This document shows positions 38,011-52,941 of a stretch of DNA of 64,000 nucleotides, in pieces; within the stretch, counting starts at the first letter, position 1, and the number at the start of each line of letters is the position of its first letter. Made by a program: the position numbers and the translations under genes. The stretch lies in contig NC_058368.1 in assembly GCF_018350175.1 (NCBI RefSeq), positions 28,956,001-29,020,000 on the forward strand, written 5' to 3'. The notes beneath the pieces are model-generated. The model did no database searches and was not told the DNA's origin. It saw nothing but the letters and a program-made list of their open reading frames with translations. The stretch is from Felis catus (taxonomy: Eukaryota).

Positions 38011-39006
38011 AGAAACTGGCTAAAACCAGACTGAAAGCCAGACCCATCCATCAGCCTAGAGGTCCCCCATATTACCTTGAAGAGCCTAATACTCCTGATA
38101 GGTTCTTGACATCATCAACATAGCCTCTAGTTAGCATTCATTTGTATCTGGATTCCAGTTCAATACCTGTTCCTATGCATCAAGAATTGATTGACATTGT
38201 ACACTGAAACTAATATTATGCTGTAAATTAACTGGAATTTAAGAACTTTTCTCTTTAAAAAAAAAAGATTCATTCAGGAAGACAAGCATAAGACATGCAG
38301 AAGGCAGGACAGAAACATTAAAGCAATAAAACCTGAATGAAATGGATGGTGAGATATTTCACGTGCCTAAAAGAGTATTTAAGGTGGGTGCCGGCTGTGG
38401 AATGTACCTACTACCATTTGTAAAACTCATCAGCCTCACACCATAGATCTCAACTTATGTTTGTTTTCCTCATAACTGATCCAAAATTATAGTATTTAAG
38501 GCTGACCTATAAGAAAAGTAAAATGAGAACTAAAATTCCCAGACTGTTACGTAACAATAAATATACCCTTTAAAAATATACCGTGCCAACAAAATGCAGT
38601 TAGTCCACATAGATTACTAGGATGTGAAGCAGCTGTGCCCTGCAGTTTTGATCGGTTAAAGCAGCAAAAAGACATATTTCCAGATAGTTTTGTGGGCTTG
38701 AGAGTATTAACACCAGGAAGCTTATCTGGTCCAGAGGCTAAGATTTCCTATTTTCTTTCCCCTTCCCTGCTTCAGTCTTCATCTTTCAGAATTTATCAGC
38801 TTTGAGCACCTTGTAGGCGATCTTTCTGAAAGCTGAAACAACCTGGAATATGATTTCCAGACTTCTTCATAATTAAAACAGCATGTGATGTGTTTTGGGG
38901 TGCAATGTGACCATGCCAGAAGTAGCCCTATCACTGGAGCGGATTCTGATCTCACTACAAAGACCAGTCCGCCCAAGGTGACTTACCAACTGCCTGACTC
39001 CTTTCC

Positions 39007-39009
39007 GTG

Positions 39010-39060
<51 letters not shown>
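39007..39060. repeat. (GT)n microsatellite
   Basis: direct reading, one gc interruption. Confidence 0.95.
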
Positions 39061-39062
<2 letters not shown>

Positions 39063-40409
39063 CTCCCTGCTAAGGGCAAGCTATCTACATTTTTTTGTCC
39101 TAACCTCCCTTCTTTGAAAAGTATTAATCTCCCTTCTATGGGACAGAGCGTATTAGCTTCCTATGTATGAAAGAGGGGAAGTTGCATGTCCCACAGTAGT
39201 CATGGTGCCCAGCTTCTGTCAGCCTTGAGACTTGAGACGTAACTTAATCTAATGAAAATTTATAGAGAGGTTTAAGAGATTGCCAAAAAGCAAACATAAG
39301 AGGTATTGTTAGGAGGTCAAGTCCTATACACGTATTCCTAGCTGTTCTTCAGAACAGAGAGTAAATTAAATTTAGAAGGCCCCTTGGCATGTCACCTTGG
39401 GGAACACCATTCAGTTATTATTTACCTTTTGATAGTCAGTGCTTTCAAATTGCTGTCTGATGGCATTTATTGAGTGCTACCATGTGCCAGGCATTGTGCT
39501 AGGTACTGGAGATTCAAAGAAAAAATAAGACTATTTCTTCTCTCAGAGGAATAGAAGAGAAAATATCCATGTAGTAAATCACATGTAATAAATGTATTTT
39601 TCATTGTATTTTTGGTTTAGTTATACACACACACACGTGCATACATACTTGTGTGCACTGGATCTCAACGTAAAGTATATTTCCTCCTGTGGAAAATAAA
39701 GTTTGAGAGACACTATGATAGAGGGAAATAGATCTATGTAGTAAAAGCAGTAATGTGCAGAGGTTTCATAGTAGATAGCTGTAGAAGATTTATGAATAGG
39801 AATGATCCGTTTTACCAGAGGGATCAAGCAAGACCTCATTGGATGTGGCCTTCAAGCGGGATCTTGAAACCTGAGTTAGTGTTAGCTGACCCCTCCAGGT
39901 GGTTGGGCAGGAACTGCAGATCTGTGCTTGGCAGGGTAGCCCTAATGTTATGTGATTCTAGTAAGCCTCCAACACTCTGCCCCATGATGGCTGGATTCTT
40001 CCCGGTGCTTGGCCTGACATGGAGGAAGAGACACCGTTCATTCTCATCTGGCATCTGGGGTTTCTGTTCCAGCCTGAAATGACAGATCTAGATTTTAGAT
40101 AAGAGTTTCAGCTGTGCACACAGGATCCACACCTGCCAGCACTGCACACACGTATACATGCCCATGCACACATGCAGAGCAGTTTAGAAGACTGTGCCAT
40201 TGCTAGGCTTTGTAGACATGCATTCATTAGTGCCTGTCCTAGCATCAGCACCCTTTCATTTATAGAAATTTCTAGAAACGTGATCAAATTAGCGTATTAT
40301 GAATGCAACGCTGTAAAGTCCAAGAGAGCCTCATTCCGTGAAGGAACCTTCTCCTTATGATTAGTTTAAGATGCTGCATTTTAAATAATCCTGAGTCTTA
40401 TTTTTATTT

Positions 40410-40740
40410 CAGTCATTCATTTGATTTCATTTTGAGCACCTATTATGTGCTAGGTACCATGCTAGGCACTGCACATATAAAAATGAGAAAGACTCAATCC
40501 TTCTCCTAAGGGAGCCTAGTTGGGGAGACAGGTGGCAGACACGTATAGCATGAGTAGTAAATACTCTGATAGAGGGAAGCCCAAAATGCTCTGAGACTAC
40601 AGAAGACAGACCTGGGATCAGTGCAGGCTTCCTAGAGGCAGTCCTTATTGAGTTGAGTCTTGAAGAGTAAGTGGGAATAGAGACAAAGAGGCAGAGAAAG
40701 GAAGTTCCCAGTGGGGGAGAAGCCCAAGCTCTGGGTGTAC
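40410..40740 (-). mobile_element. L2 3'-end fragment
   Basis: cattcatt...tgagcacctattatgtgctaggtaccatgctaggcactg. Confidence 0.7.
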
Positions 40741-41072
40741 AGTGTGTTCAGGGATTTGTGAACGTGCTGCTGGGGCTACAGTGGAAGCTGATGATGAAGA
40801 ACAATAAAAAGGAGCACCGTGCTGGCAGGTTAGAACCTCAAAGCCACAATGATATGAAAACATAATTATCCTATTAAAAGTACACAGCAATTGCCGAAAA
40901 CTCTTGTATTCTACATAGCAACACATTAAGTTACACTCTTTGGGCCTGAACTGTTATCTTGGTCAACCAAATATATGTCCTTGGTCTCTAAAAGCAACCC
41001 ACGGAGCTCTTCTAGGAACCTGCCACATGAACTGACCAGCTGCCAACATCGTGACACGTCTTTGGGGATATG

Positions 41073-41302
41073 GCAGTGGTTTGCTATAGAGCTGACTCAC
41101 TGGCTTATGAGAGGCAGTTGTGCACATTCCTTTCCAAGTCAGTGCTTGGTGATCTTACTGTTAGTATTTTGGAGTTGATCATGGTGGGAGTATCTACACC
41201 ACAGAAATCAGCAAATACTATAAATCAGAGTTTTCTGTTGGTTTGGTTTGATTTGGTTTGTTCTGGAAGCCTACTTGTTAACTTTTTACCAGCCTACCAC
41301 TA
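41073..41302. mobile_element. hAT MITE (MER63-like)
   Basis: Imperfect terminal inverted repeats cagtggtttgct...agcctaccacta; internal catggtgggagtatctacaccacagaaat. Confidence 0.7.
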
Positions 41303-41476
41303 GACATTTTCTTCCTTAGACTCTCCTAACTGGAAACGTTGCTTCTGGAGTTTTCTCCTTCAAGGCAACATCAGATACCAAGGACCTTGCTATAGTTCTA
41401 GCAGAAGACGAATGGACGTAAGGGACCACATACACATGATTTCAGCTACTGTCTTTTTCACGCCCTCTGATTACAG

Positions 41477-41585
41477 GCTAAAGGAGATCCAAATGAGTGA
41501 ATATGATGCCACAACCTATGAAAGGTTCTCAGGTGCTGTTCGACGGCAGGTGCGCTCCCTCCGAATCATCCTGGATAATTTACAG
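41477..41585 (+). CDS. VWA8: VWA8 internal coding exon (109 nt, phase 2 to 0): (R)LKEIQMSEYDATTYERFSGAVRRQVRSLRIILDNLQ
   Basis: Acceptor ctctgattacag|G, donor TTACAG|gtaatc; lies in ORF 41412-41615; completes the split CG|G Arg codon. Confidence 0.96.
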
Positions 41586-42459
41586 GTAATCTCCAATAAT
41601 GGGCTAAGAAAGTAATCTGGGCCCAAAGCTGGGCCCATCCCAAAACTACTGGAGAAAAGTTACCTAAACCCTAATCAACCAGTCAGAAAAAAAGTAATCA
41701 ATGCCAAAATGTTTGTGTAAAACTGCAGATCACTCCCTGGCCTTCTTAGGTCAGTTCTCCAAGGAAAATATTTGACCTCTCCTATCCTGTCCAAGAAGCA
41801 ATAATTTGACCAGCAATCCTAGAAGACCCCAGACTCCCTGATTCCCCTATATATAAGATCTATGAGCGTCCCACCTCTACTAGAAATCCACAGATAGAAT
41901 TCTTTTCCTACAAATCATTTCACTGTTGTTGACTATAGACAGAGGAACATTTCTGATCATCCAGACTGTGCACTCTCTATGTCTCCTGGCATCTCCTCCG
42001 ATGCTCCCCCTGCCCCTGCATTGCCTGCCTGTTTTTTCAGTTTTAGACTGTGGTTTCCTCAGAATAAGTTAATATTTGCTCTTGCCCCTTAAAATACTAA
42101 TTAAGATGCTTCAATATTTCCTAAGCAAAGACTTGTTATTTGGAGAATTTGCTTTAAAAAAATAAATCCATATGCAAATTGGGTGAACAAAGTAACATTG
42201 AATGGTTGGATTTTTTCCAGTAAAGGCACTCACTTTACCAGTGCTCATCACCCTGGGCATCGAAGGCAACTTCTAGGTGGGCTCTGATCTCCATGGCAAG
42301 GCAAAGGGTGAATAAGAGCCGAAATGAGTGGTTCACACGAGATGAGGGCAACAAGAGATAGTGTTTATATTAAAACTGAAGAATGAGTGGTTTAGTCAGT
42401 CATTCATTTCCTAAGTTCTTGATGCACACCAGACATAAGGGATAGAAAAATAAAGTGCA

Positions 42460-42689
42460 GGGGCTCCTGGGTGACTCAGTCGGTTGAGCGTCCAACTTCA
42501 GCTCAGGTCATGATCTCACAGTTTGTGGGTTCGAGTCCTGCATCAGGCTCTGTGCTGACCACTTGCTCAGAGCCTGGAGCCTGCTTCAGATTCTGTGTCT
42601 CCCTCTCTTTCTGCCCCTCCTCCGCTCACGCTTTGTCTCACTCTGTTTCTCAAAAATAAATAAATGCAAACAAAAATTTTTTTAAAAAA
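42460..42689 (+). mobile_element. Carnivore SINE
   Basis: TSD gaaaaataaa(g/a)tgcag. Confidence 0.93.
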
Positions 42690-43114
42690 GAAAAATAAAA
42701 TGCAGCCCCTGCCCTCAAAGAAGGATTTCAAAGAAGACAAATAGGCAAATGATTTCTTACATTCGTAGGGAAATATGTGCATGATTCTATGGAATGAACG
42801 AAGAAGGGCTTCGTGGAGAATGTAATGCTTGAGTTCACACTTGAAAGAGGCTAAGGATTTTCCAGATGGTTGAGGAATCAGGGCATTCCAGACATAGGAC
42901 ACGTGATGTACAAGTGCAGGTTGTTCAGTTTGACTCTGAAGCACATGTACATGGTGGGGGACAGTGGCAAAGGAGAGGGCTATCAAAATCACAAAGACCA
43001 GATCATGATCTGGCCCTGGCTTCCATGAGAACATGCAGACAACACTGGGTTTTACCCTGTGTACAAATAGGCCATTAGATTACTCATAGTACTGGAGAGA
43101 AATACAAGAATACA

Positions 43115-43339
43115 TTTTTATTTTATTTATTTTTTAAAAAAAAATGTTTTAGTGTTTATTTTTGAGAGAGAGTGCAAGTAGGGGAGGGGCAGAGATGGAG
43201 GGAGACACAGAATCTGAAATAGGCTCCAGGCTCTGAGCTGTCAACACAGAGCCTGACGTGGGGCTTGAACCCACAAACTGTGAGATCATGACCTGAGCTG
43301 AAGTCAAACACTTAACCGACTGAGCCACCCAAGCACCCC
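43115..43339 (-). mobile_element. Carnivore SINE
   Basis: TSD gaata(c/t)atttt. Confidence 0.93.
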
Positions 43340-44085
43340 GCGAATATATTTTTAATTGAAGGGATGAGAATCCTCATCTGGTATTAGTTCATGTCTTGAC
43401 TGGTATTCATTGGGCACCAGGCTATAGTTACTTTTACAGACATCACCACATTCAATCCTCACATCAGCTCTTTGAGATAAATGATATTATGTTCACCAGA
43501 TCAGCCAAAGGACGAAAAGGCAGACCCACTACTGTGACTTCTTCAAGTAGGAATCCACTTACACCTGGGTTAGAATTAGGGTTATCGTTAAGGAATGACC
43601 CTTCTGCTAAAGTCCACAGCAATGAGACCAGCATCAGAAACTGCCCAGTTTTGCTTTCCACCCTCAAGAGAGAGAGGAAAGAAAACTGTGAAGGGCTCAA
43701 AGAAAAGCAACAAATAAGATGAAATGGATGGAAAACAAGAAATTGGCACCTATTAAAAAAACCATAAGGGGATCCATAACTTTCTAGATATCCTCAAATA
43801 GAGTAATTATTTCAGGGATGTTTTTCTTCTCTTCTTCCTTGGAAATCTGAAAAAGAGAAAATAGGCTTAAATAATAGCAAGAAAGAGTTTTAAGATATAA
43901 GAAAGGGAATAAAAGTGATGTAATCCTTGGATGAGTACCTAAAATGGTTGTAGAACTACCATCCCTACAACTCTTCACAAATAATACAAGCATTTTAATA
44001 ACAGCAAACATTTACTGAGCAATTACAATGTGCCAGAGACTCTACTAGTTGCCTTACATTATCAACATCATTATCAAGATCTCTT

Positions 44086-44142
44086 CCATCACCATCATCA
44101 CCACCACCACCACCACCACCATCATCATCATCATTGTCATCA
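44086..44142. repeat. Compound (CAT)/(CAC) trinucleotide repeat between MIR fragments
   Basis: direct reading. Confidence 0.9.
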
Positions 44143-47100
44143 CTTAGTGACTAATAGTGCCAGCCCTGGAGCCAGACAGCCTGGGTTCTGTAAAATGGAA
44201 TGACAGATAATAGGGCAGTTATGCAGATTAATTCAGATGAGACATGTAAACCATTTAAAACAATGCCTGACACATAGCGTTCTCCACAGAAGAATTTGTT
44301 GCATCATTACTTCCGTTGTATTTGCTAATATTCATCAGCGTGGACTGCAAGCCAGTTAAATGCTTTACATTCATTATGCTATTTAATCCTTATGATAAGC
44401 AGTAAGGACTATGTTCTACATTTCTTCTGAAATGTAGATATTTTGTTCCTGCAATATCCTGTAGATATTTTGAGCAAACGGAAGACTAGAAAGATGATGT
44501 AACTTGCCCTAGGTCATGTGGCTAGTGAACCAGGTATCTGGGCCCAGAGCTTGGGTCCCTATTACCTGTGAGGCCTCTGTTATCTGCTGCCAACTCTACA
44601 ATTCTGTGAGAAGTATCATTCTCACCTATGCTCACAACGCACTTTGCATCATTATCCTGATGCCGACGTAGCATTGTCAAGTGCTTCCCTTATTGCATGT
44701 AGGTATTTTTGAAACCCACAGGAATGTTATTCTCAGGTGAGCCTTCTAGTCCTCAGTTTAGAGAGATGTGCTAGCTGAAAACGCAGCAACCGGCCAAGGA
44801 CAGACAGGGCCTCCTGCGGAATATGAATCTTCAGATTGTTACCAAAACAAGATGGCTTTGTTTGGTCCCCTTTTCGCCATCTTCTGCCAGTCCTGTGTGG
44901 CTCCGATTGACTAATAGCTCCCAGCTGTGTTGAGGTTGCTGTGTAATCCCAGTAACTATGGGTGTTTCCTTGGTGAACAGCAGAAAGTCTGGCCAGGAAC
45001 TAGCAAATCATCATTTGAAATGACTTTTCAAAGTACATTTTCAAGCCCACGCATTGATCCCGGGTGGCTGTGCTGAGATTTGAGGAAAAGGAATGTTGTT
45101 GCCACTCCTGCTAATGTCTGCTCCAGTGAGTGTGTCTTTGCAACATGTGTCCTTCTCAGTTGAGATAGCCATCACCAGTGACCTCTCTGCTTCTTGACTG
45201 GATCATGGAATATCATAGAGTCCTGGTTTTATTGGACCTTTTATGAATCGATAGCAAGAATCTTCTTATTAGAATAGAATTTATAATAAATTCAATTATA
45301 CTTGGTTCAGAATCTGAATCTCTTGATTCCAGCATTCCCTAACAAAAGAAAATACCCATTCCACAAGAAGCCACTGATTTTAATCATATCTTCTCTCCAG
45401 TGTTTTGCTGATCTACAATCAGGCTAATTTCATTCTCAGGCTGAACGAAATTAGCCTTTCCCTGACTGCTTTCGCTAGCATGATATCTCTGTGAACCAAC
45501 AATTATGTTCCTTTTTTTTCCTTTAGTAGTTCAAAATGAACATTAACATTTGGCATGCACTGTGCTTGGCACTGAGGGCAAAAAGATTCATAGGATACTG
45601 TCCTTGTACTCAAGAGGGCTGTAGTTTTGAGGAGTGGGAAAGACAGGTACCTGAACACATGGTTTCAGTTGAATATGGTGTCTTGGTAGACAGATGCGTA
45701 GAATGCAGTGGAAGCCCAGAGGAAAGAGATTCCAGGATGGATTTTTCAGGAAAGGACACATGAGCTGGCTCTTGAAGGATACACAAGTATTAACCAGTTA
45801 AAGGAAAGTGAAAAAGTGCCCCAGCAGAGAATATGGCATAGACAAAAGCATGACACTGTGCAGTCTCAGGGGTATGCTGAGGGCTGGTCTCCAGTATGAG
45901 CAGGATTCCATTCAGCCTAAAACGCATACAGAGACTTGGGGCTAAGAGGCAGGTAGGTGCCAGGCAAGGAATTTAGACTCTATTCTGAGCACCCACTTCG
46001 CTCATATCTAAAGAATGGAAAGCATTTCCCCATTCCTTTTATTTAGTTGATAATAACTGTATTTCATCCAGTAGACATTTATTGGATATCTCTTTTGCCT
46101 AAGGGTTCTTGCCTTCAGTGACTGACCTAGGAAAGAAGATACATGTGTAGTTATGATAGAAGACGCAATATGGTGAATGCCACAGCAGTGTTTTAAATAA
46201 AGTGCTGTGTTATGTAGACAAATGTGTGCAGCAATTTCTAGGCTGCACAGTTAGGGAAAACTCAGAGGAAGTGCCACTTGAGCTGGACCATGAAGGATGA
46301 GCATGGTTTTAATTGGTAACTCTTCTAAGGATTGGCATGGAAGGACAGCCTTGACCAGAGCTTCTCAAACCTTCTGTGGAGAGAGGCCAAGTATTTTTCA
46401 TCAATCATGGGCTTAGGCTTTTATAAAATAAAACAGAAATAAACTACTGGAAAAAAAAAGATGTAAAAATTAGCATACAAGATACAAACCCATATTACTT
46501 AATATGAGATTCAGCAAGCATGAAAGTACTTTTTCAAATTGCCGTACAAGTTTTTAAATGCTTACTGTTCATTTCTGTTACTGATTTCATCATGGACCAG
46601 TAACAAGCGCTTACTCACCAAAGGCAGTTTGCATAGCTCCGGGCTGGACAGAAGGAATCTATGAGCAGAGGAAGAAGCCTTGAGTACAAGGCTATTTGGA
46701 GAGTGACAAACTGCCTAGAGACTAGAGCTCAGAGTTTGGGGATGAGGCTGGGGGTGGTGGGAGAGAAAATGGAGGAGAAGGTGAACCCCCAAGGGCCTAG
46801 AGCACCATGCTAACTGAATTCTATAAGCAGTGAAGAGTGTGAACATGACTGAGAAAGGGAGTGGTGTAGTTAGTTACATCTTCTTTAGGAGGCTTCAAAG
46901 CCATGGAAAAAGAAAGTGTCAGAGAAAGAAAAGAGAGAGGTGGGGGAACCTGGAAACCAAATTATTAAAATTACTTCAGTTATCCAGGTGACAAGTGATA
47001 AGAACCCGAACCAGGGCAATCAAAGTGAAAAATACAAAGGGTGGGACAGTTTGGAGGCTGGACAAGAAGGTAGGTAAGAAGACAGTGACTGATCGAATGT

Positions 47101-48399
47101 GAGGTAAGGGGAACAGTGAGGTTTTCAAGCCCTAGAGGCCAGAAATAAGGAAGCCAGGAAGAGGAGAGGCTTGTGGAGAAAGCAGATGTTTGCTTTGGAT
47201 GTTATCATGTTTCTCTCACTACTGGGACTCCTACGTAAAAATGTCAAGTGTGAGATTTGAAGAGTTGAAGATGTGAATCTGGAGTTCAGGAGCAAAGTGA
47301 GGACCAGATAGTGTTGCATATCCACATGCATATCTACATCTGCATTCTTATCATCATCTGTGTAGAGCAACAGCCCACGCCAAGAGAGAAGGTGTGTTGA
47401 CTAAGGTTGAGACTACAGAGCAGAGAGAGGAAAGGTGGAAACAGCATATCAAGGAACATCTGCATGTTGGGGAGAACAGTAAGATGCCAGTTACTCTTCT
47501 TAGCACCCTAACGGCTCGTCACTCAGCACAAAGCATCCATAGCCACTAGGGGACAACATGGACAAAGTGCAGCCATCAAATACAGTCCTGACTTCTAGGC
47601 TACTTGAGCACAGGCATCTAACTCAGTCTTCACCGGATGACCATGAAAATGTTGAAATAACAAAAAGCTGTAAACAGTGAAAAACCATATGACAGCAGAA
47701 ATTAGGGAATAGTGCTAGTGACATGCAAGAAGTTTTGAAGAATATTTGCTAAACGGATTGTGATGAGCCCTTATGAATGGTAGCACTAGCAACAACTCAA
47801 AAACCTCCCTAAGGAATGGCATTACTAGGAAGGAAGTGCATGAAACCCAACAGAATCAAACTGACATCCCTTACTTGGCGAGGTGGAGAGTAAACGCGAG
47901 AGCCCTAAAGCTGGTGGGAAGCAGATCACTTGACCTCCATTTTGTCACTGCCAAGCAGAAGCAGTTGAAAGTAGCAACACTGGGAGCAGTGGGGCTGGGG
48001 AGATCTAGATTTTATGCAGTGGCTACGACAAACAGAAAGCTGGAAGGGGAATAACACCGGGAAAGGGGCCAGCCCAGCCTTAGCTTATACTTGGCCTGAA
48101 GACAAGATGAAACAAATGCCAAGTGGCCCCATTGCGATGGCTTTGCCAAACAGTAAGAAATGATGTGGAGATGAAGTTCTCATGCTGTGACTGTCCACAG
48201 TTCCAACTCCTTCCCTACTGAGTTCCTGAGCTAAGTAGTAAATAGATTTAGTTCCACTACGGACACCAGTTCAAAATCTTCAAGGAGAACTCTAATAATA
48301 ACAAAATGGTAAGTGAATACAAGAAAGGAGAGTCTATCCAGTCTGTTCCTAAACAGTTTTGTGGGGCCATCTCATCATTCAAGAATAGGAACACCCAAA

Positions 48400-48972
48400 A
48401 ATGAAATGATGTGATATCTATGAAATGATTCTGCAGTGAGATAGAGTAACGAGCATCCAAGATGTAAAGGCAGAAGGTGCCACTGGGCTAGAATATTTTC
48501 TTCAGAAAACACTGGATTTTTAGAAAACATCTGCTTTGTGTTCTCACAATTCAAAGAAACTTGAAGTATGTGAAATGAGACGTAGATTTAAAAGGGTCTG
48601 GCTAAGAAGCAAGCAGAAATAATAAGGGAGTTGAATGCAATAAGGAAAGATTATTTTAAAAACTAAAAATGCAATGCCAAAAGTGAAATCTACATTAAAA
48701 GTAGAAGGAACAGACTCAGTCCAGTCCTAAGTCTAAGTACTAACATGAGTGGAAACTTGGAATTGTTATTCCAGACTGTAGAGGAAATAAAGAGATAAAA
48801 AACAAAAGAAAGCTGATCAATAAAAACAGAGCAGAGAGCTAACACACAGAGCCATGATCCATCCCCAAACGTAGAACCCTGGCACGTAGAAGTTGTGCAG
48901 TAAATACACGCTGTATGAGCCAATGATATTCCCAAAGAGGACCAAAAGGAACACATAAGCAATAATCAAAGT

Positions 48973-49003
<31 letters not shown>

Positions 49004-49350
49004 TAAACTGCACCGAGCTAAAGACTGGCCTAAATCTGTGGATGAAAACAACTTCACTGAGTACCAGGCAAAAATAATGAAAAGAGGTAAGTGACTTTTT
49101 ACAGCTTCATGGAACGTTAACATCTCAGAAACAAAGAAAATATCCTAAAAGAATACCAGCAGACAAAAAACAAGCTATTATTAGAGACAAATTAATCTTA
49201 CATTAGTTGTCAGAATGTTTGCAAGATCTGGGGGACAAGGGAAAGTTGTGACCTGAGAATGCTATACTCAGCCAAAGTACAAAGAGATAGAAAGACATTT
49301 TCAAATATCAAGACACTTAAGTACTTAAGTACTCTTTTTGAAAATGATTT
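48400..49350 (+). mobile_element. Degenerate A-rich L1/HAL1 ORF1-like remnant containing (CAA)n at about 48974-49002
   Basis: Strong A skew; aaagaaaatatcctaaaag and gaatgctatactcagccaaag resemble L1 ORF1 remnants. Confidence 0.55.
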
Positions 49351-51819
49351 TGAGGTAAATATATATACACACATGTACACACACATACGTATGTAAGCAC
49401 ATATGTATAAATATTCCAGCCAATTAAGAAGAGAATCTGAATTCTTTAAGAATGGGAAATTCATGGCATAGAAGAACTAGCAATGAACCTCAGAATTCAG
49501 TTAAACACAGAATCAGTTCTAAATAATTGTGGAAAATGCGTTTCAAAGAAAACTCAAATACCAAGAATAGTGCTTTGAAAAAGATGCACAATATTAAAAA
49601 GTGAATTTAATGATAATAGTAATAAGCGTGGCCTAAATTCTCATGGTACCTCAAAAATGAAACAACAATCAAGAAGTTGTTACAGATGAGGGACAGAAGT
49701 AAGCGAAAAGTGTGATCATTTGTACTACGTGCAACAGAGACAAATACTACTTCATTCCTGAAAATAACTAGAGAAAGAGAAGTTCAGTTGGGCTTTTAAA
49801 AAATTTAATCATGCCGGAATTTTTTTTGTATGTGTTGCCTGCAAATTACAATGTGTTTTTCTAAAGATTCTTCTGATTCCTGTGTTGAGAGAGGACCATG
49901 GGGGCCAGGAGAGAGGCAAGGAGGCAGGGAGGCCAGGGAAGAGGCTACGGCAGCAGTCCAGGGGAGAGAGAAAGGTGTTTGCACTGGGAATAGGCCCGGC
50001 CACAGGAAGAGACGGTGGGTACACGGGAAGCCAGGGGGGTTGGCCGGCCCACTAGGCATGAGCTATGAAAGAAAGAGGAAGCAAAGATGCCTGTCGTCCT
50101 GTGGCCCGAACAGCCCAAAGATTGGGGCTACCTGCTGCCTTTCACTGAGGTGAGGACTTGGGGAAAGCAGAGGGCTGGATCTGGGGCTCAGTTTTGAACC
50201 GTTAAGTTTATATCGCCTCTGTACATGCACACTGACGTGTGTAGGTCCCAGTTTCTTTATTCATAAAAACAAATTATAAAATGACGGTAAGTGGTAACTC
50301 AAAGTCATAGTTTAGTTCCACATCGGCATCCAAGAGAACAGACTCTTCTAACGAAGGTCGTCTTTGTTAAGTACATGAATCACTAGTTAACCTTGCCATG
50401 AGATGTCCCTTCAAGAACCGGGGGACTCCTTAAAAAGGAAGGTCTGCATCTTCTCTTGTCTGGGCAACACTGTTTCCACCATTTAGAGCAGCCAGCAACC
50501 TAACAGGTATTTAGGAAAATATTTTTTGCTATGTCAAAATACTGAGAACCACAGAGAAAATTTTTTATTGTTTCCATTGATTTATAATTTGTCATTTTAT
50601 AAATACTGTATAAAAGTTTACCTCAGTCCAGCATGTTTTTTTTAACTGTGCAGATTAACATAAAAAGTATATCTTGGTGGAACATGACTAAATGTTAAAA
50701 ATAATGGGAGCTAATAATGTTTAATAAAAGAATCATTGTTCCCAGGCATGTATCCTCAAACACCCATTACATTTATTCATTGACACAATGTTTATTGGTG
50801 AATATCTCTATGCTTTATTCTATAGAATGTATGTGCTTTCTACAAAAACTGCTACTTAAATCTTTCTAATCTCTTCATTAAATTTTGAAGGAATAAGAGA
50901 AAACTGACTTACTTGTAGAGTTTATAGGTAAAGGAAGTCTTGAGTAACCGTAACCCAGATAAGTGAAGACTTAAGATTAATCAGAATACTTTCAGTGCCA
51001 AAATCACAAGATCGAGGGTCACAAACCACAAGATAACTGGTTTTTGTCAAGTGTATTCCTCCTAATGTCCTCACTGCTACAGATGAGTGTGTGTGTGCTT
51101 TCTGGTTAACCAGTTTTTTTTTCCCAGAAAATGAATTAACCAGAATACGTCATCCTCTGAGCATTTCAATTAGTCTTAAACGTCCCTTACATGAACATAA
51201 TAAAACTATGTTTTTTTTTCTAGAAAGGCTGTAACATATATTTTTACTAGGGAAACATAGCTTTATGTATAATAAGTTCTCATTAGTTTGGATGTATTGC
51301 ATAATACAAAACAGATGGACATATTTATAAGAATATTTGCAATAGGAATATACAATAAAGATCATGTTTGGCCCTTTGTTATAAATGAAAGCATATATTT
51401 AAATACAATAGGAACTTACTTGTTAAGGATGTATCTCGCTGAGATACAATACACAGTCTATAATAATAAATATTTCTGTTCCCCCCGCAGTAAGTTTTTC
51501 AAGTGCTCCCCCACTTGCCCCTTGCTTCCAAGAGTATCCATTCTGACGGGCCTCTTCCTGTTTTGAATTTCCAAATATTGGTGGGCTGGCTAGATGACAG
51601 ATAATAAATTATCTGCCCATATTTATCTGCAAGTTCTAGACTTGAAAACTAATGAATAGTGCTACCATTATAAACATGTCTTTGTGCCCAGTAGTTCTGG
51701 ATCAAAAGGCTAGCACATATTTTCACTTCTCAAAATCAGAAACTACTGGTTCATGTTCCTTAAAAATACCAATGACAAGCAGAACCAAATTTTGTTTTTC
51801 CACAGATAAAAATAAAAAG

Positions 51820-52720
51820 GAAGGGAATATATGATATACCCACCAGAATGGCTAAAAATCTTTTTTAAAAAGCCACCAGTGTCAAGTGTTGGTGAGGATA
51901 TAAGCAAATGAGACTTACTTATACACTGCTCATGGGGATGTAAATTGGAAAAAACACCTTAGAAAACTGTTTAGCAGTATCTACGACAGCTGAATGTATC
52001 CAGGATTCCTACCCAACAGAAATACACACACATCTGCTCCAAAGACATGTTCAGGAACACTCCTGGCGCCATGATTCGTAATAGCCCCAAACTGGAAACA
52101 GTGCCATTGTAGAGTGGATAAATTACGACTAAATCATAGGGTTGAATATCATTAGAGCAGTGAGAGAGAATAAAGGGGTGCTCCACAGCTACATAGGGAA
52201 CCTCACAGGAGTTATGTTGAGCCAGAGAAGCCAGACAGAAAAGAACACCTACTGTGTGATTCCATTTTTATGAAGTCCAAAGCCAGACAAACCTAATCCA
52301 TGCTGATAGAAGTCAGAATAGGAGGTCACTTTTGGCAGGAGGAAAATAAATTCCAGAAGGAGCCCTGGGGGGCTGTGGACATGCAGGTGGTTACATGGGG
52401 TGTTCACTTTTATTTTTTAATGTATATTTTATGTATTTTGAGAGTGAGAGAGAGAAAGAATGAGAAGGCGTGTACAAGCAGGGTGGGGGCAGAGAGAGAG
52501 AGAGGGAGAGACAGAATCCCAAGCAGGCTCTGTGCCATCAGCACAGAGCCCGATGCGGGGCTCGAACTCACAAACCATGAGATCATGGCCTGAACCAAAA
52601 TCAAGAGTCAGACACTTAACCAACTGAGCCACCCGGGCTCCCATGTTCACTTTTAAAGTTCATTGAGCTCTACATTTAAGAATCATATACTTTACTAAAA
52701 GTGTGTTATAATTAAATTTT
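51820..52720 (+). mobile_element. Old L1 (L1ME-like) 3' fragment interrupted by a SINE
   Basis: ccaccagaatggctaaaa...gtgttggtgagga...aatagccccaaactggaaac...actgtgtgattccatttt. Confidence 0.8.
52413..52642 (-). mobile_element. Carnivore SINE
   Basis: TSD tgttcactttta 52401-52412 and 52644-52655. Confidence 0.93.
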
Positions 52721-52733
52721 AAAAGCTGACCCC

Positions 52734-52887
52734 AGGGCACCTGGGTAGCTCAGTTGGTTAAGTGACTGACTCTTGATTTCAGCTCAGGTCATGATCTCGT
52801 GATTTGTGAGTCCGAACCCTGCATTGGGCTCCCTGCTGACAGTGCAGAGCCTACTTGGGATTCTCTTTCTGTCTCCCTCTCTCTGGC

Positions 52888-52941
<54 letters not shown>

